IMG/VR virus record: IMGVR_UViG_3300014838_000015
Coordinates: 37,226-101,225 of that record
Direction: 5' to 3' (one strand)
Source: a virus
Length of the DNA stretch: 64,000 nt
The notes under the pieces were generated by a model. That model was not told where the DNA came from and did not search any database. It saw nothing but the letters and a program-made list of their open reading frames with translations. How positions within the stretch are numbered: the stretch's first letter is position 1; each line of letters starts with the position of its first letter. The position numbers and the translations under genes were made by a program. Positions 30,234-40,185 of the stretch are shown piece by piece.

Positions 30234-31145
30234 ATGAACAAAGTCTGGGTCAACCGTCCTTATGAGGGTTGGATATGTGATGTGTTGGCCCAGCGTTTTA
30301 TGCATGATAACGCTGACATTTGTGTTAATGATCCACATGAAGCAGATGTGATTTGGTTGTTGGCTGATTGGACATGGCGACAGGTGCCACGATCGGTTCT
30401 CACATCAAAAAAGGTGTTGACGACGATTCATCACATTGTGCCACAAAAGTTTGGTGATGTTGAACGTCGTGATTTTGATGATCGTGATGTTATCACTAAT
30501 GCTTATCACGTATTTAATGATCATACGTATGAATTCATCAGACCATTGACTGACAAGCCAATTCACATCATCCAATATTGGGCCGATACAACTTTATGGA
30601 AACCAACTAATACGAAAGCTAAGCTTCGAGAGAAGCATGGGTTACCAATCGATGCGTACATCTGTGGAAGTTTTCAACGAGACACAGAGGGTGCAGGAAT
30701 TCCGAATGGAATATTTCTACCCAAGCTTGAAAAGGGACCTGATATTTTTGCATCGTATGTGATGCAATTGCGTCAAAAATGTCCAAATTTATATGTGTTG
30801 TTGGCTGGTTGGCGGAGGCAATACCTCATTGAGAGGTTAGAAAATGCATCAGTGCCATTCTCATACATTGAGTTACCATCTCAAGTAACGCTCAACGAAC
30901 TCTACCAAACGTTGGATTTGTATCCAATTGCTTCACGCTTTGAAGGTGGACCTCAAGCATTGATAGAGTGTGGTTTGTTGAACGTACCAGTCGTTTCGCA
31001 TCACGTTGGAATCGCGGAGCAGGTGTTACCGCCATCAGCGATCAATGATGATTTGATCAAGGCCATTCCTACTTGCCCAGATGTTTCAAATATGTTGCTA
31101 CCAAATGGATACGAAGATTACAGGAATGCATTCAAATGGATGTAA
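30234..31145 (+). CDS. GT4 glycosyltransferase
   Basis: GSFQRDTEG...EKGPD...SRFEGGPQALIECG; start moved to ATG 30234. Confidence 0.85.
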   Translation: MNKVWVNRPYEGWICDVLAQRFMHDNADICVNDPHEADVIWLLADWTWRQVPRSVLTSKKVLTTIHHIVPQKFGDVERRDFDDRDVITNAYHVFNDHTYEFIRPLTDKPIHIIQYWADTTLWKPTNTKAKLREKHGLPIDAYICGSFQRDTEGAGIPNGIFLPKLEKGPDIFASYVMQLRQKCPNLYVLLAGWRRQYLIERLENASVPFSYIELPSQVTLNELYQTLDLYPIASRFEGGPQALIECGLLNVPVVSHHVGIAEQVLPPSAINDDLIKAIPTCPDVSNMLLPNGYEDYRNAFKWM

Positions 31146-31966
31146 ATAACGTTGCATTTTTGCTTGTTACGTGTTCAATGGAACCAATGAGAGCAAACGT
31201 TCTCAGGAACGTTGTTGAGAATATTATTACAGTTGCACCTGTATTATACAATGTGCTCACGGTGTTTGATAATGCATCGACGGAACCTGATACGCTTGAA
31301 GTTCTCAATGGATTGAATCGTAACTTTGCACCTGTGTTTCGAGCCTCAGAGAACGTTGGTTACTGGTCTGCAATAGATTGGTGGCTTGATAGCATGAATG
31401 AATCGCCACCAAAATATACGTACATCATTGAATCAGACGTAATTCATTATGATTTCAACAAATTAAGGAATTGTGTTGACTACCTTGACACACATAACGA
31501 CGTTGGATCAGTGAGACTTCTGGAATTTTCTGTTAAGAATAAGCAATTTTATAACAAAGATGCACGCGTTGAAGGTAGCAGAGTTTCTGCGTGGCAATCA
31601 TCAACAAATAAAGCAACTGGCGAACGAATCGTGATTAATCACGATGAAGGTGATCTGTATAAAACAACGTTTTTAACACAGTTATGTGCATTGAATCGGT
31701 ATGAAACGATGCTTGAAACATTCAAACGTTTACGTGGCTTTCAGAAATTTTCTGAACTTGATTTTCAGAAGTTGTACTGGGAAAAGTACAAATCAACGGG
31801 TTTGCTTGATGGCGGAATATTTCACGCTGAACTTACGGCGGCAAAAAATAACTTACCTACTGGTTCGTGGACTCCGATCGATGAATTGAAGAGAATGGGT
31901 TACCTTCCATCGCGCTTTGCATCGATAACGCCACAAAACGAGTACACAGTACAGAGGATGATTTAG
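31136..31966 (+). CDS. GT-A fold glycosyltransferase (GT2-like)
   Basis: VFDNAS...SENVGY...IIESDV. Confidence 0.7.
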   Translation: MDVNNVAFLLVTCSMEPMRANVLRNVVENIITVAPVLYNVLTVFDNASTEPDTLEVLNGLNRNFAPVFRASENVGYWSAIDWWLDSMNESPPKYTYIIESDVIHYDFNKLRNCVDYLDTHNDVGSVRLLEFSVKNKQFYNKDARVEGSRVSAWQSSTNKATGERIVINHDEGDLYKTTFLTQLCALNRYETMLETFKRLRGFQKFSELDFQKLYWEKYKSTGLLDGGIFHAELTAAKNNLPTGSWTPIDELKRMGYLPSRFASITPQNEYTVQRMI

Positions 31967-31975
31967 TGTTGTAAC

Positions 31976-33028
31976 ATGTCACGAATCATTGTCTTGGGTG
32001 GAACTGGTTCATTGGGTCGTAAGCTTATCGAACGTTTTTTGCCGAACAACGACGTTGCAGTGTATTCTCGTGATGAAGCAAAGCATTGGTCAATATCAAA
32101 CGATATGAAGGTTGGAAACCTTGCACATCGAATGTCATCGTTACAATTCTACGTTGGTGATGTACGTGATAAACAAAGAATTCGAGACGTTATTCGACAA
32201 TTCAAACCAGAGATTGTGATAATTGCCGCTGCGCTAAAGCAGGTAGACACATGTGAGTTGAGCCCATACGAAAGCGTTCAAACGAACCTTCTTGGTACAC
32301 AAAACATCATTGACGTGGTTAACGAACACGTCGAAAACAACTATGATAGACGATCGTTGATAGAAAAAGTTCTATTCGTTAGCACGGATAAAGCGTGTCA
32401 ACCTGTCAACGTATATGGCATGTGCAAGGCAATTTCCGAACGCCTGGTGACCAGCCAAGCGATGACAGGACACACGACCGTGAAGTACCTTGCCACTCGA
32501 TACGGGAACGTTCTGGAGTCACGTGGGAGCATCATTCCATTGTTCAAGTACCAGTGTATGCACGGTACGCAGCTTACGGTTACAGATCTTGATATGACGC
32601 GATTCTTGATGACGCTTGACGACAGCGTTGATCTCATAGAGAGAACGTTACACGAGGGTAAATCAGGAGAAACTTGGATTCCTCGTTTACCTGCTATGCG
32701 CATTGGTTGTTTAGCGAATATTTTTTCAAAATTGTATAATATACCCATCAAAATCATCGGCGCGCGACCTGGCGAAAAACGTGATGAGGATCTAATTTCG
32801 TTGTCAGAATCAACGAGAACGCGTTTAACGGAAGATCAACACAATTACGTTATAGCACCTGCATTCATGATGGGAAAAAACGATTCATTTGTGTATTCTA
32901 GTAATCAAAGCGTTATGAATGAGGATGAACTATTCAAGCACCTGAACGAATTAGGAATCATAGAAGCGCCTCTTGAAACGTTCAAAGGAATTGTAATCGA
33001 AGAAATAGCAACCAATCGTAAAGAATAA
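31976..33028 (+). CDS. UDP-GlcNAc 4,6-dehydratase (PseB/FnlA/CapD-type SDR)
   Basis: GGTGSLG, SRDEAK, AAALKQV, STDKA...YGMCK, RYGNVLESRGS, RPGEK. Confidence 0.92.
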   Translation: MSRIIVLGGTGSLGRKLIERFLPNNDVAVYSRDEAKHWSISNDMKVGNLAHRMSSLQFYVGDVRDKQRIRDVIRQFKPEIVIIAAALKQVDTCELSPYESVQTNLLGTQNIIDVVNEHVENNYDRRSLIEKVLFVSTDKACQPVNVYGMCKAISERLVTSQAMTGHTTVKYLATRYGNVLESRGSIIPLFKYQCMHGTQLTVTDLDMTRFLMTLDDSVDLIERTLHEGKSGETWIPRLPAMRIGCLANIFSKLYNIPIKIIGARPGEKRDEDLISLSESTRTRLTEDQHNYVIAPAFMMGKNDSFVYSSNQSVMNEDELFKHLNELGIIEAPLETFKGIVIEEIATNRKE

Positions 33029-33029
33029 C

Positions 33030-34169
33030 ATGAAAACATTTCCGCTGTTTAAGGTTCACGTTCCAATAAAAGAAGCGCTTTGTAACATTGAGAACGTTTT
33101 TGATTCAGGATATATCAATGAAGGTGTTGAAGTTTCGCGTTTAACCGTTGAATTGCAAAGACACCTTCTTGCTAAACAGTTGATTCTAACGAATAGTTGC
33201 ACATCAGCGCTAACGTTGGCGATGAAACTCGTAGGAGTTGGACCAAACACAGACGTTGTCACAACGCCAATGACGTGCATTGCAACGAACGTTCCTATCG
33301 TGTCTAGCGGCGCAAGAATTGTGTGGGCAGACGTCGATCGTGAACACGGAATGATCGATCCCGATAGCGTACGTAGGTGTATCACAGATCGAACAAAGGC
33401 AATCATCGCCGTTGCTTGGGCAGGTACTGCCCCAGATCTCAACGCTTTACTAAACATTTGTTACGATCATAAAATCAAATTGATCCTTGATGCAGCTCAT
33501 GCATTTGGTGCAGAATATGAAAACATGCCCATTCACATGTCAGCGCATTACACAACGTATTCTTTTCAGGCGATTAAACACTTCACAACCGGTGATGGTG
33601 GTGCATTGGTTTGCAACAATAAGGATGATTATGAACGATCAAAATCATTGAAGTGGTTTGGTCTTGACAGGGAACAAGCGAAGGATTCTCGTGGTGATTG
33701 GAAGGGTCAACAGTGGGACGTTGATATTGAAGAAGCTGGTTTCAAGTTCAACATGAACAACGTTTCCGCCGCGATTGGATTATCACAGTTACCATACATT
33801 GGTGAAATACTAAAGAAACACAGAGAGAACGCAACAATTTACAACGAAGAACTGCAACATTGTAAGAACGTTGTTCCAAACTGGATACAAACCTTGGGAG
33901 GATCAAGTCACTGGGTTTATGCAGTTCACGTTGAGAACGAATTGAACAGGAATGTACTGCTTAAAGCGCTCAATGATGAAGGAATCATGGCTGGGTTGGT
34001 TCACGTGCCCAACGATGAATACACTTGTTTCAAGAACTTTGCAAAGGATTTGCCTGGCGTCAGAGAGTTCAGCCAAAAGCAATTTGCGTTACCATGTGGT
34101 TGGTGGCTGAACAGTGATGATATTCGTTATATTGCGCACCGCGTAAGCGAATTAGCGAGGACGTTATGA
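33030..34169 (+). CDS. DegT/DnrJ/EryC1/StrS PLP-dependent sugar aminotransferase
   Basis: NSCTSAL, DAAHAFG, SFQAIKHFTTGDGG with the catalytic Lys. Confidence 0.93.
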   Translation: MKTFPLFKVHVPIKEALCNIENVFDSGYINEGVEVSRLTVELQRHLLAKQLILTNSCTSALTLAMKLVGVGPNTDVVTTPMTCIATNVPIVSSGARIVWADVDREHGMIDPDSVRRCITDRTKAIIAVAWAGTAPDLNALLNICYDHKIKLILDAAHAFGAEYENMPIHMSAHYTTYSFQAIKHFTTGDGGALVCNNKDDYERSKSLKWFGLDREQAKDSRGDWKGQQWDVDIEEAGFKFNMNNVSAAIGLSQLPYIGEILKKHRENATIYNEELQHCKNVVPNWIQTLGGSSHWVYAVHVENELNRNVLLKALNDEGIMAGLVHVPNDEYTCFKNFAKDLPGVREFSQKQFALPCGWWLNSDDIRYIAHRVSELARTL

Positions 34170-34906
34170 AGATTTGGATCGGCACCATGGAAAGCGGCGA
34201 GAACGACTTTGTTGCTTGCTGTGCTGCAATCAGAAATTCTTGCCTTAAAGCGCTTAATAATTCTACGATCGAAGGATATGAACACAGCATCGTATCAGGG
34301 TTGCCTGAACACGAAGCACATGCAAAGTTGTATGAACTTTGGAACGAAGCAAAAACATCGTTTGATCTTTTCTTGAAGGTTGATGCAGACACCGTTCTAA
34401 TGCATAACAACGTTGTTACAGACGTTGTTATGCTGTTTAAATCAAATGCGCGGCTGACTGGAATTCAGGCGTGGTTGTACGATCACATGACTGATGGAAA
34501 CATCTACGGATTGAGCTGCATGCGTAACACGGTGTCGTTGTCACGGATCAATGATAAATTACATCCAGATCGTGTTGATTTGCCGTCAACGCATGACGTC
34601 GTGTTAAGAGGCGACGCGTTGCCACGATCGTTGATTCCAGCTGGCAAGCATTGTTGTGATGCTAACGCTGAACAAGCGTTTAGGTTTGGCATTCATCGTG
34701 CATTAAAGGGACAATTTCACATCATCGATCGTGTTCGAATTGCTTGGAAATCATCAAATGATGTACAACGTGGGTTTGCATTGTTGGGAGCTAAACAAGC
34801 TCGTGAATTGAGCAACGGTCTCAAGATCAATTACGGTGATGAGGAGTTCAAACAATTGTTCGAATCAACGAAATTGAAGTACGATGAATTGATTGGAACG
34901 TTGTGA
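34166..34906 (+). CDS. Putative GT-A glycosyltransferase
   Basis: DLFLKVDADTVL (DxD after a beta strand); cluster context. Confidence 0.6.
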   Translation: MKIWIGTMESGENDFVACCAAIRNSCLKALNNSTIEGYEHSIVSGLPEHEAHAKLYELWNEAKTSFDLFLKVDADTVLMHNNVVTDVVMLFKSNARLTGIQAWLYDHMTDGNIYGLSCMRNTVSLSRINDKLHPDRVDLPSTHDVVLRGDALPRSLIPAGKHCCDANAEQAFRFGIHRALKGQFHIIDRVRIAWKSSNDVQRGFALLGAKQARELSNGLKINYGDEEFKQLFESTKLKYDELIGTL

Positions 34907-34907
34907 C

Positions 34908-35696
34908 ATGACAATAATTCTTGGAAAGAATTCGACCATTCACTCAAACGTTAGCGTTGATTCAAACGTAAACGTTATCATGGGTGATTGTTCATCAATT
35001 GGACAAGATGTTGTCATTTCAGGTGAAGGAACGTTGAGAATTGGTGATTATGTTAAGGTTCATAGGTTATGTTGGTTGAATGTTTTTAGCGACATTGATG
35101 TTGGTCACAATTCTTGGATTGGTGAAAAATCCATCATTGATGGAACGGCACGTTTGAAAATTGAAAACAACGTTCTTATAGGTGCTGCAAGTCAGGTTTG
35201 GACACACGTTGCTGGTGGGGATGCATTTTCAGGGTGTCGCATACGTTGTAGCAAATCAATCACGATAGAAAACAACGCATGGCTCTGCGCCGGTGTGTTG
35301 CTACAAGCGAGCAACGTTTCATCTCGAGTCGTTGTGTTTGCAGGCTCGAACGTCACAAGTGACATCTGTGCTGCCAATACGATTTGGTCAGGTAATCCAG
35401 CAATCGACATTACGAACGTTTCTGGGGGGAAACCGTGGGTCGACGTTACGGTTGAACAGAAGTTACAAAAATTTGATCTTCTTTTGAAGATGTACGAGAG
35501 AGAAGTTTGTAAAAACTATCACCGTAAATTCGTTGCTGTTAGTGATTTATGTGACAAAATTGATCAACAGGATGATGTGACGTATTTTAGTATGCATGAT
35601 TGCACGTATGTCAAAACGCAATCAGATGATGAACAATCGTTCATGAAGTGGTTGCTTAGACAAAATAAAGCAAAGTTCACACCGGTGATTCTATGA
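34908..35696 (+). CDS. Left-handed beta-helix (hexapeptide repeat) acyltransferase
   Basis: ILGKNSTI/IMGDCSSIG/IGDYVKV/VGHNSWIG/IENNVLIG repeats; WTH; WSGNPA. Confidence 0.88.
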   Translation: MTIILGKNSTIHSNVSVDSNVNVIMGDCSSIGQDVVISGEGTLRIGDYVKVHRLCWLNVFSDIDVGHNSWIGEKSIIDGTARLKIENNVLIGAASQVWTHVAGGDAFSGCRIRCSKSITIENNAWLCAGVLLQASNVSSRVVVFAGSNVTSDICAANTIWSGNPAIDITNVSGGKPWVDVTVEQKLQKFDLLLKMYEREVCKNYHRKFVAVSDLCDKIDQQDDVTYFSMHDCTYVKTQSDDEQSFMKWLLRQNKAKFTPVIL

Positions 35697-35950
35697 TGAA
35701 TGAACAAAAATTAGGTGCTGTGTTTGAACGCGTGTTCGTAAGTGATGGATTGTATAACGTGCGAGAATTTACATACGGTGACATGCCTGACGGAACAAAG
35801 GATTGGGATAGTTTGCAACACATGATTCTGTGTTCTCTGATAGAAGATGAATTTTATGTGATGTTCAGAATCGATCAAATCGCAAAGATTAGATCATACG
35901 ATGATGCAAAAGCGGTGTTGTCTGGGTTGGGAGTTGATTTCAATGTTTGA
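35693..35950 (+). CDS. Acyl carrier protein
   Basis: WDSLQHM...IEDEF phosphopantetheine attachment site; 85 aa, acidic. Confidence 0.85.
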   Translation: MMNEQKLGAVFERVFVSDGLYNVREFTYGDMPDGTKDWDSLQHMILCSLIEDEFYVMFRIDQIAKIRSYDDAKAVLSGLGVDFNV

Positions 35951-36347
35951 AACTTATCGAATAAATCACGTTGGAATGGCGGTTCCAAACATTGAACGTT
36001 ATCTAAAGACATGTGAGTCGTTGTATCGTGGATTCAATCGTTCTAAGTTGATCATCAATGATGCTCAAGGCGTTCTTGAATTGTTCATGAATGATGGCTA
36101 CACGACGTTGGAACTATTGGAACCATTGAATGATTCATCGCCAATAAAACAATTCCTTCATCATCATATCATGGGTGGGTTAGTTCACGTTTGTTATGAA
36201 TGTAACGATGTTTCAAAAGCGATAGAGCAACTCACTGTTTCAGGCGCTAAGTTGGTCAATGGACCGACACCTGATGTTGCATTCGATGGAAAACCAGTTG
36301 CGTTCATGTTCTTTGGGGGTCAATTGATAGAATTGGTGAATTGGTAA
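35943..36347 (+). CDS. VOC-family protein (methylmalonyl-CoA epimerase-like)
   Basis: INHVGMAV...QGV...LELLEP...HVCYE...AFDG..VAF...LIELV. Confidence 0.85.
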   Translation: MFETYRINHVGMAVPNIERYLKTCESLYRGFNRSKLIINDAQGVLELFMNDGYTTLELLEPLNDSSPIKQFLHHHIMGGLVHVCYECNDVSKAIEQLTVSGAKLVNGPTPDVAFDGKPVAFMFFGGQLIELVNW

Positions 36348-37363
36348 TGAAGGAATTCCGTAAGCTCATTGTTCTCGACCTCGACAATACGTTGTGGAAC
36401 GGTGTCGCCGGTGATGATGGATTAAACGTAAAACCGTTCATTGAATTTCAAACAGAATTGAAATTGCTCAAGGATCATGGTATATTGCTTGCTATTGCTA
36501 GTAAAAACGATGAAATCATTGCGTTAGACGTTATGAAGAATGCGAAAGGAATGGTTCTCAGCGAAAACGATTTCGTAGATTGGCGAATCAATTGGGATGA
36601 TAAGGCAAAGAACGTTTATGACATCACGAATGCATTGAACATTGGTTTGCAATCCGTTGTGTTCATTGATGATAATGAATTTGAGCGTGCAAGGGTCAAA
36701 GATGCGTTGCCTGAAGTTTTAGTTCCAGATTGGCCAAGCGTTCATGAGTACTATGTTGCAGCGCTACATGAGTTAGATTGCTTTGATACATCACCCACGA
36801 CAGAAGAAGATACGTTACGTACGCAGATGTATATAAAGGAACGCGAGCGTGCTAAACTTAGGTCAAACAGCGAATCGATTGATGATTGGTTGAACACGAT
36901 CGGAACGAAGATAGAGTTTGAAACATTGAACGATGATAATTTACTCCGCGTCGTTCAATTGTTGAATAAATCGAATCAAATGAACTTGACAACGAGGCGA
37001 ACGACAAGTGAAGAGTTCGTTTTATGGAACACAGCACCTGAAAACGTAACGCACGTCGTAAAGGTTTCAGACAGATTCGGTGATGCGGGATTGACGGGTA
37101 TCATTGGAATGCACATTGAACTTGATTGCATTAAGATCGTTGATTTCGTTCTTAGCTGTCGTGTGATGTGCAGGTTGGTTGAGGAAGCAATGGTTTCTCA
37201 CGTAATTGAGTTCGCAAGGAGCGTTGGTGGTATGACGAAAGTCGTTGCGGAGTACGTGCCGACCAACAGAAACAAGCCGTGTTTAGAATTCTGGCAACAA
37301 CGTTCTAGATTTAAACAATTTGATAACGTTTTTGTGTATGATTTACATGAGGTTAAACGGTGA
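36347..37363 (+). CDS. fkbH: FkbH-like HAD-IIIC glyceryl-ACP-forming phosphatase/transferase
   Basis: DLDNTLW, SKND, INWDDK, FIDDN.FER, QLLNKSNQ.NLTTRR, DRFGD.G, LSCRV. Confidence 0.92.
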   Translation: MKEFRKLIVLDLDNTLWNGVAGDDGLNVKPFIEFQTELKLLKDHGILLAIASKNDEIIALDVMKNAKGMVLSENDFVDWRINWDDKAKNVYDITNALNIGLQSVVFIDDNEFERARVKDALPEVLVPDWPSVHEYYVAALHELDCFDTSPTTEEDTLRTQMYIKERERAKLRSNSESIDDWLNTIGTKIEFETLNDDNLLRVVQLLNKSNQMNLTTRRTTSEEFVLWNTAPENVTHVVKVSDRFGDAGLTGIIGMHIELDCIKIVDFVLSCRVMCRLVEEAMVSHVIEFARSVGGMTKVVAEYVPTNRNKPCLEFWQQRSRFKQFDNVFVYDLHEVKR

Positions 37364-38271
37364 TAATTGATCTAGTTGACAGCTTTTCTTATGCAACAAC
37401 AAATTGTTTTGCTTATCAAATAACAACGTATATGAATGACGTTCCAAATTTGAAAACGATCGAATTATCGAACATTGAAAATGTTAAAAATGACAATATC
37501 GAAGGAATTGTTTGTAGATGTAAACAACGCTCAATAGTCAAATACATTGAAAAAATATCTGCGTTGGCTGATTCAACACCGGTCATAATTTACGATCAAG
37601 ATCCGTGGGAAGCGTTCATAGATGAATCACCATACAATGGTGCATATAATGATATTTTTAATGCTTTGAACGTAAAAACGTTCGCCGTTCCATCAAAATG
37701 GTGGAGTGATTATATTTTGCAGCGTGGTTTACCATCAACGTTCGTCAGAATGTGGATATTACCGGCGAATTGCAGCGAACGTCCAAATTTCATCGATAGA
37801 AAAACTAACGTTGGATTTATTGGTTCGGTGCATAAGCATAGAGCAAAACTATTCGATCAATTGCTTAAACTAGGCATTGATGTTTACGTTGTTGGAACGA
37901 ATTCGTACTCGTATCCAGAATATGTGAAATTATTATCAAACGTAAAGATTTACATAAGAACAGAAGATTCACAAAAAAATGTCAATGGTAACGTTGTGAA
38001 CTTACAACATGGATTGTGGGGCAGGGACATTGAAGTCGCTTCACGAGGATGCTTTTCAATAAGGGATCGTGGATTGTACAGTGAAACGTACATCGATGGA
38101 ATTGAAACGATTTTTCTCTACGATGATGTCAAAGACATACCCATGATGATCAAACAAATCAATGATATGGACGTCGTTGAACGACAAATGATGATCGATC
38201 GTTCTGTTGAACGTATTAGATCGCTAGATTACTGGCGTGAAACTGTAAAGATTCTCACTGATTTCACCTGA
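37360..38271 (+). CDS. GT-B glycosyltransferase (CgeB/Glyco_trans_1_2-like)
   Basis: VGFIGS..HR...RDIEVASRGCF. Confidence 0.65.
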   Translation: MIIDLVDSFSYATTNCFAYQITTYMNDVPNLKTIELSNIENVKNDNIEGIVCRCKQRSIVKYIEKISALADSTPVIIYDQDPWEAFIDESPYNGAYNDIFNALNVKTFAVPSKWWSDYILQRGLPSTFVRMWILPANCSERPNFIDRKTNVGFIGSVHKHRAKLFDQLLKLGIDVYVVGTNSYSYPEYVKLLSNVKIYIRTEDSQKNVNGNVVNLQHGLWGRDIEVASRGCFSIRDRGLYSETYIDGIETIFLYDDVKDIPMMIKQINDMDVVERQMMIDRSVERIRSLDYWRETVKILTDFT

Positions 38272-38298
38272 TGGTTTCATTAGTTGTACATTGAAGCC

Positions 38299-39093
38299 AT
38301 GAAAGTTGTTGTCTTAGGTAGCACGGGAATGCTTGGTCATGAGCTAGTTTCACATCTCATTGGCAACACGAAGTTTGAGGTGTGGCCATACACAAGATCG
38401 TGCTTGGACGCTCGAGACGGTGATATTCGAATGATCAAAGAAGACACAGATTTTGTGATAAATTGCGCCGGTATTATACGACAAATAGAAGACACTGACG
38501 TTCATAATCTATTGAGAGTAAACGGCGTGTTTCCATGGAGGTTGCAGGATCGTTGTGAACAGGTTGGTGCTAAGTTGATACACGCTAGCACTGATTGCGT
38601 GTTCTCAGGAAAACGAGGAAGTTATACTGAACTTGATAAACCTGATGCAATTGATTTTTATGGGTTATCAAAGTCGCTTGGCGAACCACGAGACGCGATG
38701 GTCATACGAACGAGCATCATTGGAAGGGAAATCAAGACATCTAGATCGCTCCTGGAGTGGGCAATATCACACACCAATGAAACCATTGACGGATACATTG
38801 ATCACTTCTGGAACGGTATAACGTCACGAGCATACGCAAAAGCATGCGTAAAGATCATGATTGATGGATTATGGTCGCCGGGTATTCACCACGTGTTTTC
38901 AACTAGCGTGACCAAACACGATTTGCTTTGTAAGATAAGCAATGTGTATGGATTGAATCTCAAGGTGAAACCAGTTAAAAAGCACGATGTGCCCGTTGAT
39001 ATGACATTGGCGACGATGAAATCATTGTGCGCTTTTCTTGCGATTCCAGACATTGATACGATGCTACACGAACTGTCGAACGAAGAGGTGTAA
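38299..39093 (+). CDS. RmlD-like NDP-4-keto-6-deoxysugar reductase
   Basis: GSTGMLG, INCAG, STDCVFSG, YGLSK, RTSIIG. Confidence 0.9.
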   Translation: MKVVVLGSTGMLGHELVSHLIGNTKFEVWPYTRSCLDARDGDIRMIKEDTDFVINCAGIIRQIEDTDVHNLLRVNGVFPWRLQDRCEQVGAKLIHASTDCVFSGKRGSYTELDKPDAIDFYGLSKSLGEPRDAMVIRTSIIGREIKTSRSLLEWAISHTNETIDGYIDHFWNGITSRAYAKACVKIMIDGLWSPGIHHVFSTSVTKHDLLCKISNVYGLNLKVKPVKKHDVPVDMTLATMKSLCAFLAIPDIDTMLHELSNEEV

Positions 39094-39094
39094 C

Positions 39095-39733
39095 TTGGAA
39101 AGACAAGAATTATATTCATTGTTTTCGCGGTGTCAAACACGAACTGATCTCATCAAGGCGTTGGTTGAGACGTTTGATTACAAAAGCTACCTTGAGATCG
39201 GGTGCAGAAAGAACGAAACGTTCGATGCAGTGAAGTGTAAAGCGAAGGTTGGCGTTGATCCTGTTGAGGGTGGAACACATAAAATGTTGTCTGATGAGTT
39301 CTTTAAACAGAACAAATCAACGTTTGATATCGTATTCATCGATGGAGATCACCATCACGATCAGGTGCTAAGGGATGCTTTGAATTCATTGATGTGTCTG
39401 AATTCGAATGGAACGATCGTGATGCATGATTGTTCACCTCCTGATGAAACGTACGAAGGAAAGAGAAACTGGAAATGCGGTACAGCTTGGCGTGCATTTG
39501 CTACGTTGCGTGAACAGGTTGACCTTGATGCGATCGTCGCTGATTGGGATTATGGATCTGGTCTCATACGTCGAAGCGACAACAATTCGATCGTTTATCT
39601 TCAAGGAAAGACGATGGAAGATCTAACGTTCGATGACTTCGAACGACACAGGTACGATTGGATGAAGCTGTCGAATCAGGAACAAGTTGCAGATTGGGTA
39701 TGGGAACACAAAATGAGAAGTATCATCAAATGA
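39095..39733 (+). CDS. Class I SAM-dependent methyltransferase (Methyltransf_24-like)
   Basis: SYLEIG, GVDP, FDIVFIDGDH, HDC.P; TTG start after GAGG. Confidence 0.85.
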   Translation: MERQELYSLFSRCQTRTDLIKALVETFDYKSYLEIGCRKNETFDAVKCKAKVGVDPVEGGTHKMLSDEFFKQNKSTFDIVFIDGDHHHDQVLRDALNSLMCLNSNGTIVMHDCSPPDETYEGKRNWKCGTAWRAFATLREQVDLDAIVADWDYGSGLIRRSDNNSIVYLQGKTMEDLTFDDFERHRYDWMKLSNQEQVADWVWEHKMRSIIK

Positions 39734-40185
39734 GTGATATGAACGTTTTTTTGAAGATTGCTCCCACCCCATCATTTTGGAGCGCGCTCGCGGGAAATTT
39801 TGTTAATTTCAAGACAGGTGATAAAATCATTATTCGGGATCAGTTTAAAAGGCTACTGGCGTTCCCAGAAGATCAAGCTCAATGGAACGAAACGTTGGTT
39901 GAAACGATCATCACATGTGAAAAAGATCTATTGGCGAACGGATTTGAACATTCTATGATCTATGTGAACAATGACGTTAGCAGAATTTTAGAATCTAGCG
40001 TTTTATACGTTCGCGCTGGAAAATATGAATCGTATGATGGAACGTTGTGTAGACGAATGAACGTTTACCGCGATCGTTCAATCGGCGATGAAGTTCTATT
40101 GATCGCTGAAAACAACAAATGTAAAATTGCAACGAGAAGGATCATCGTTCTTGATATTGGTAAGAAAAACAAGGAGCACGTATGA
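39730..40185 (+). CDS. Hypothetical protein
   Basis: ATGA-coupled on both sides. Confidence 0.65.
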   Translation: MSDMNVFLKIAPTPSFWSALAGNFVNFKTGDKIIIRDQFKRLLAFPEDQAQWNETLVETIITCEKDLLANGFEHSMIYVNNDVSRILESSVLYVRAGKYESYDGTLCRRMNVYRDRSIGDEVLLIAENNKCKIATRRIIVLDIGKKNKEHV

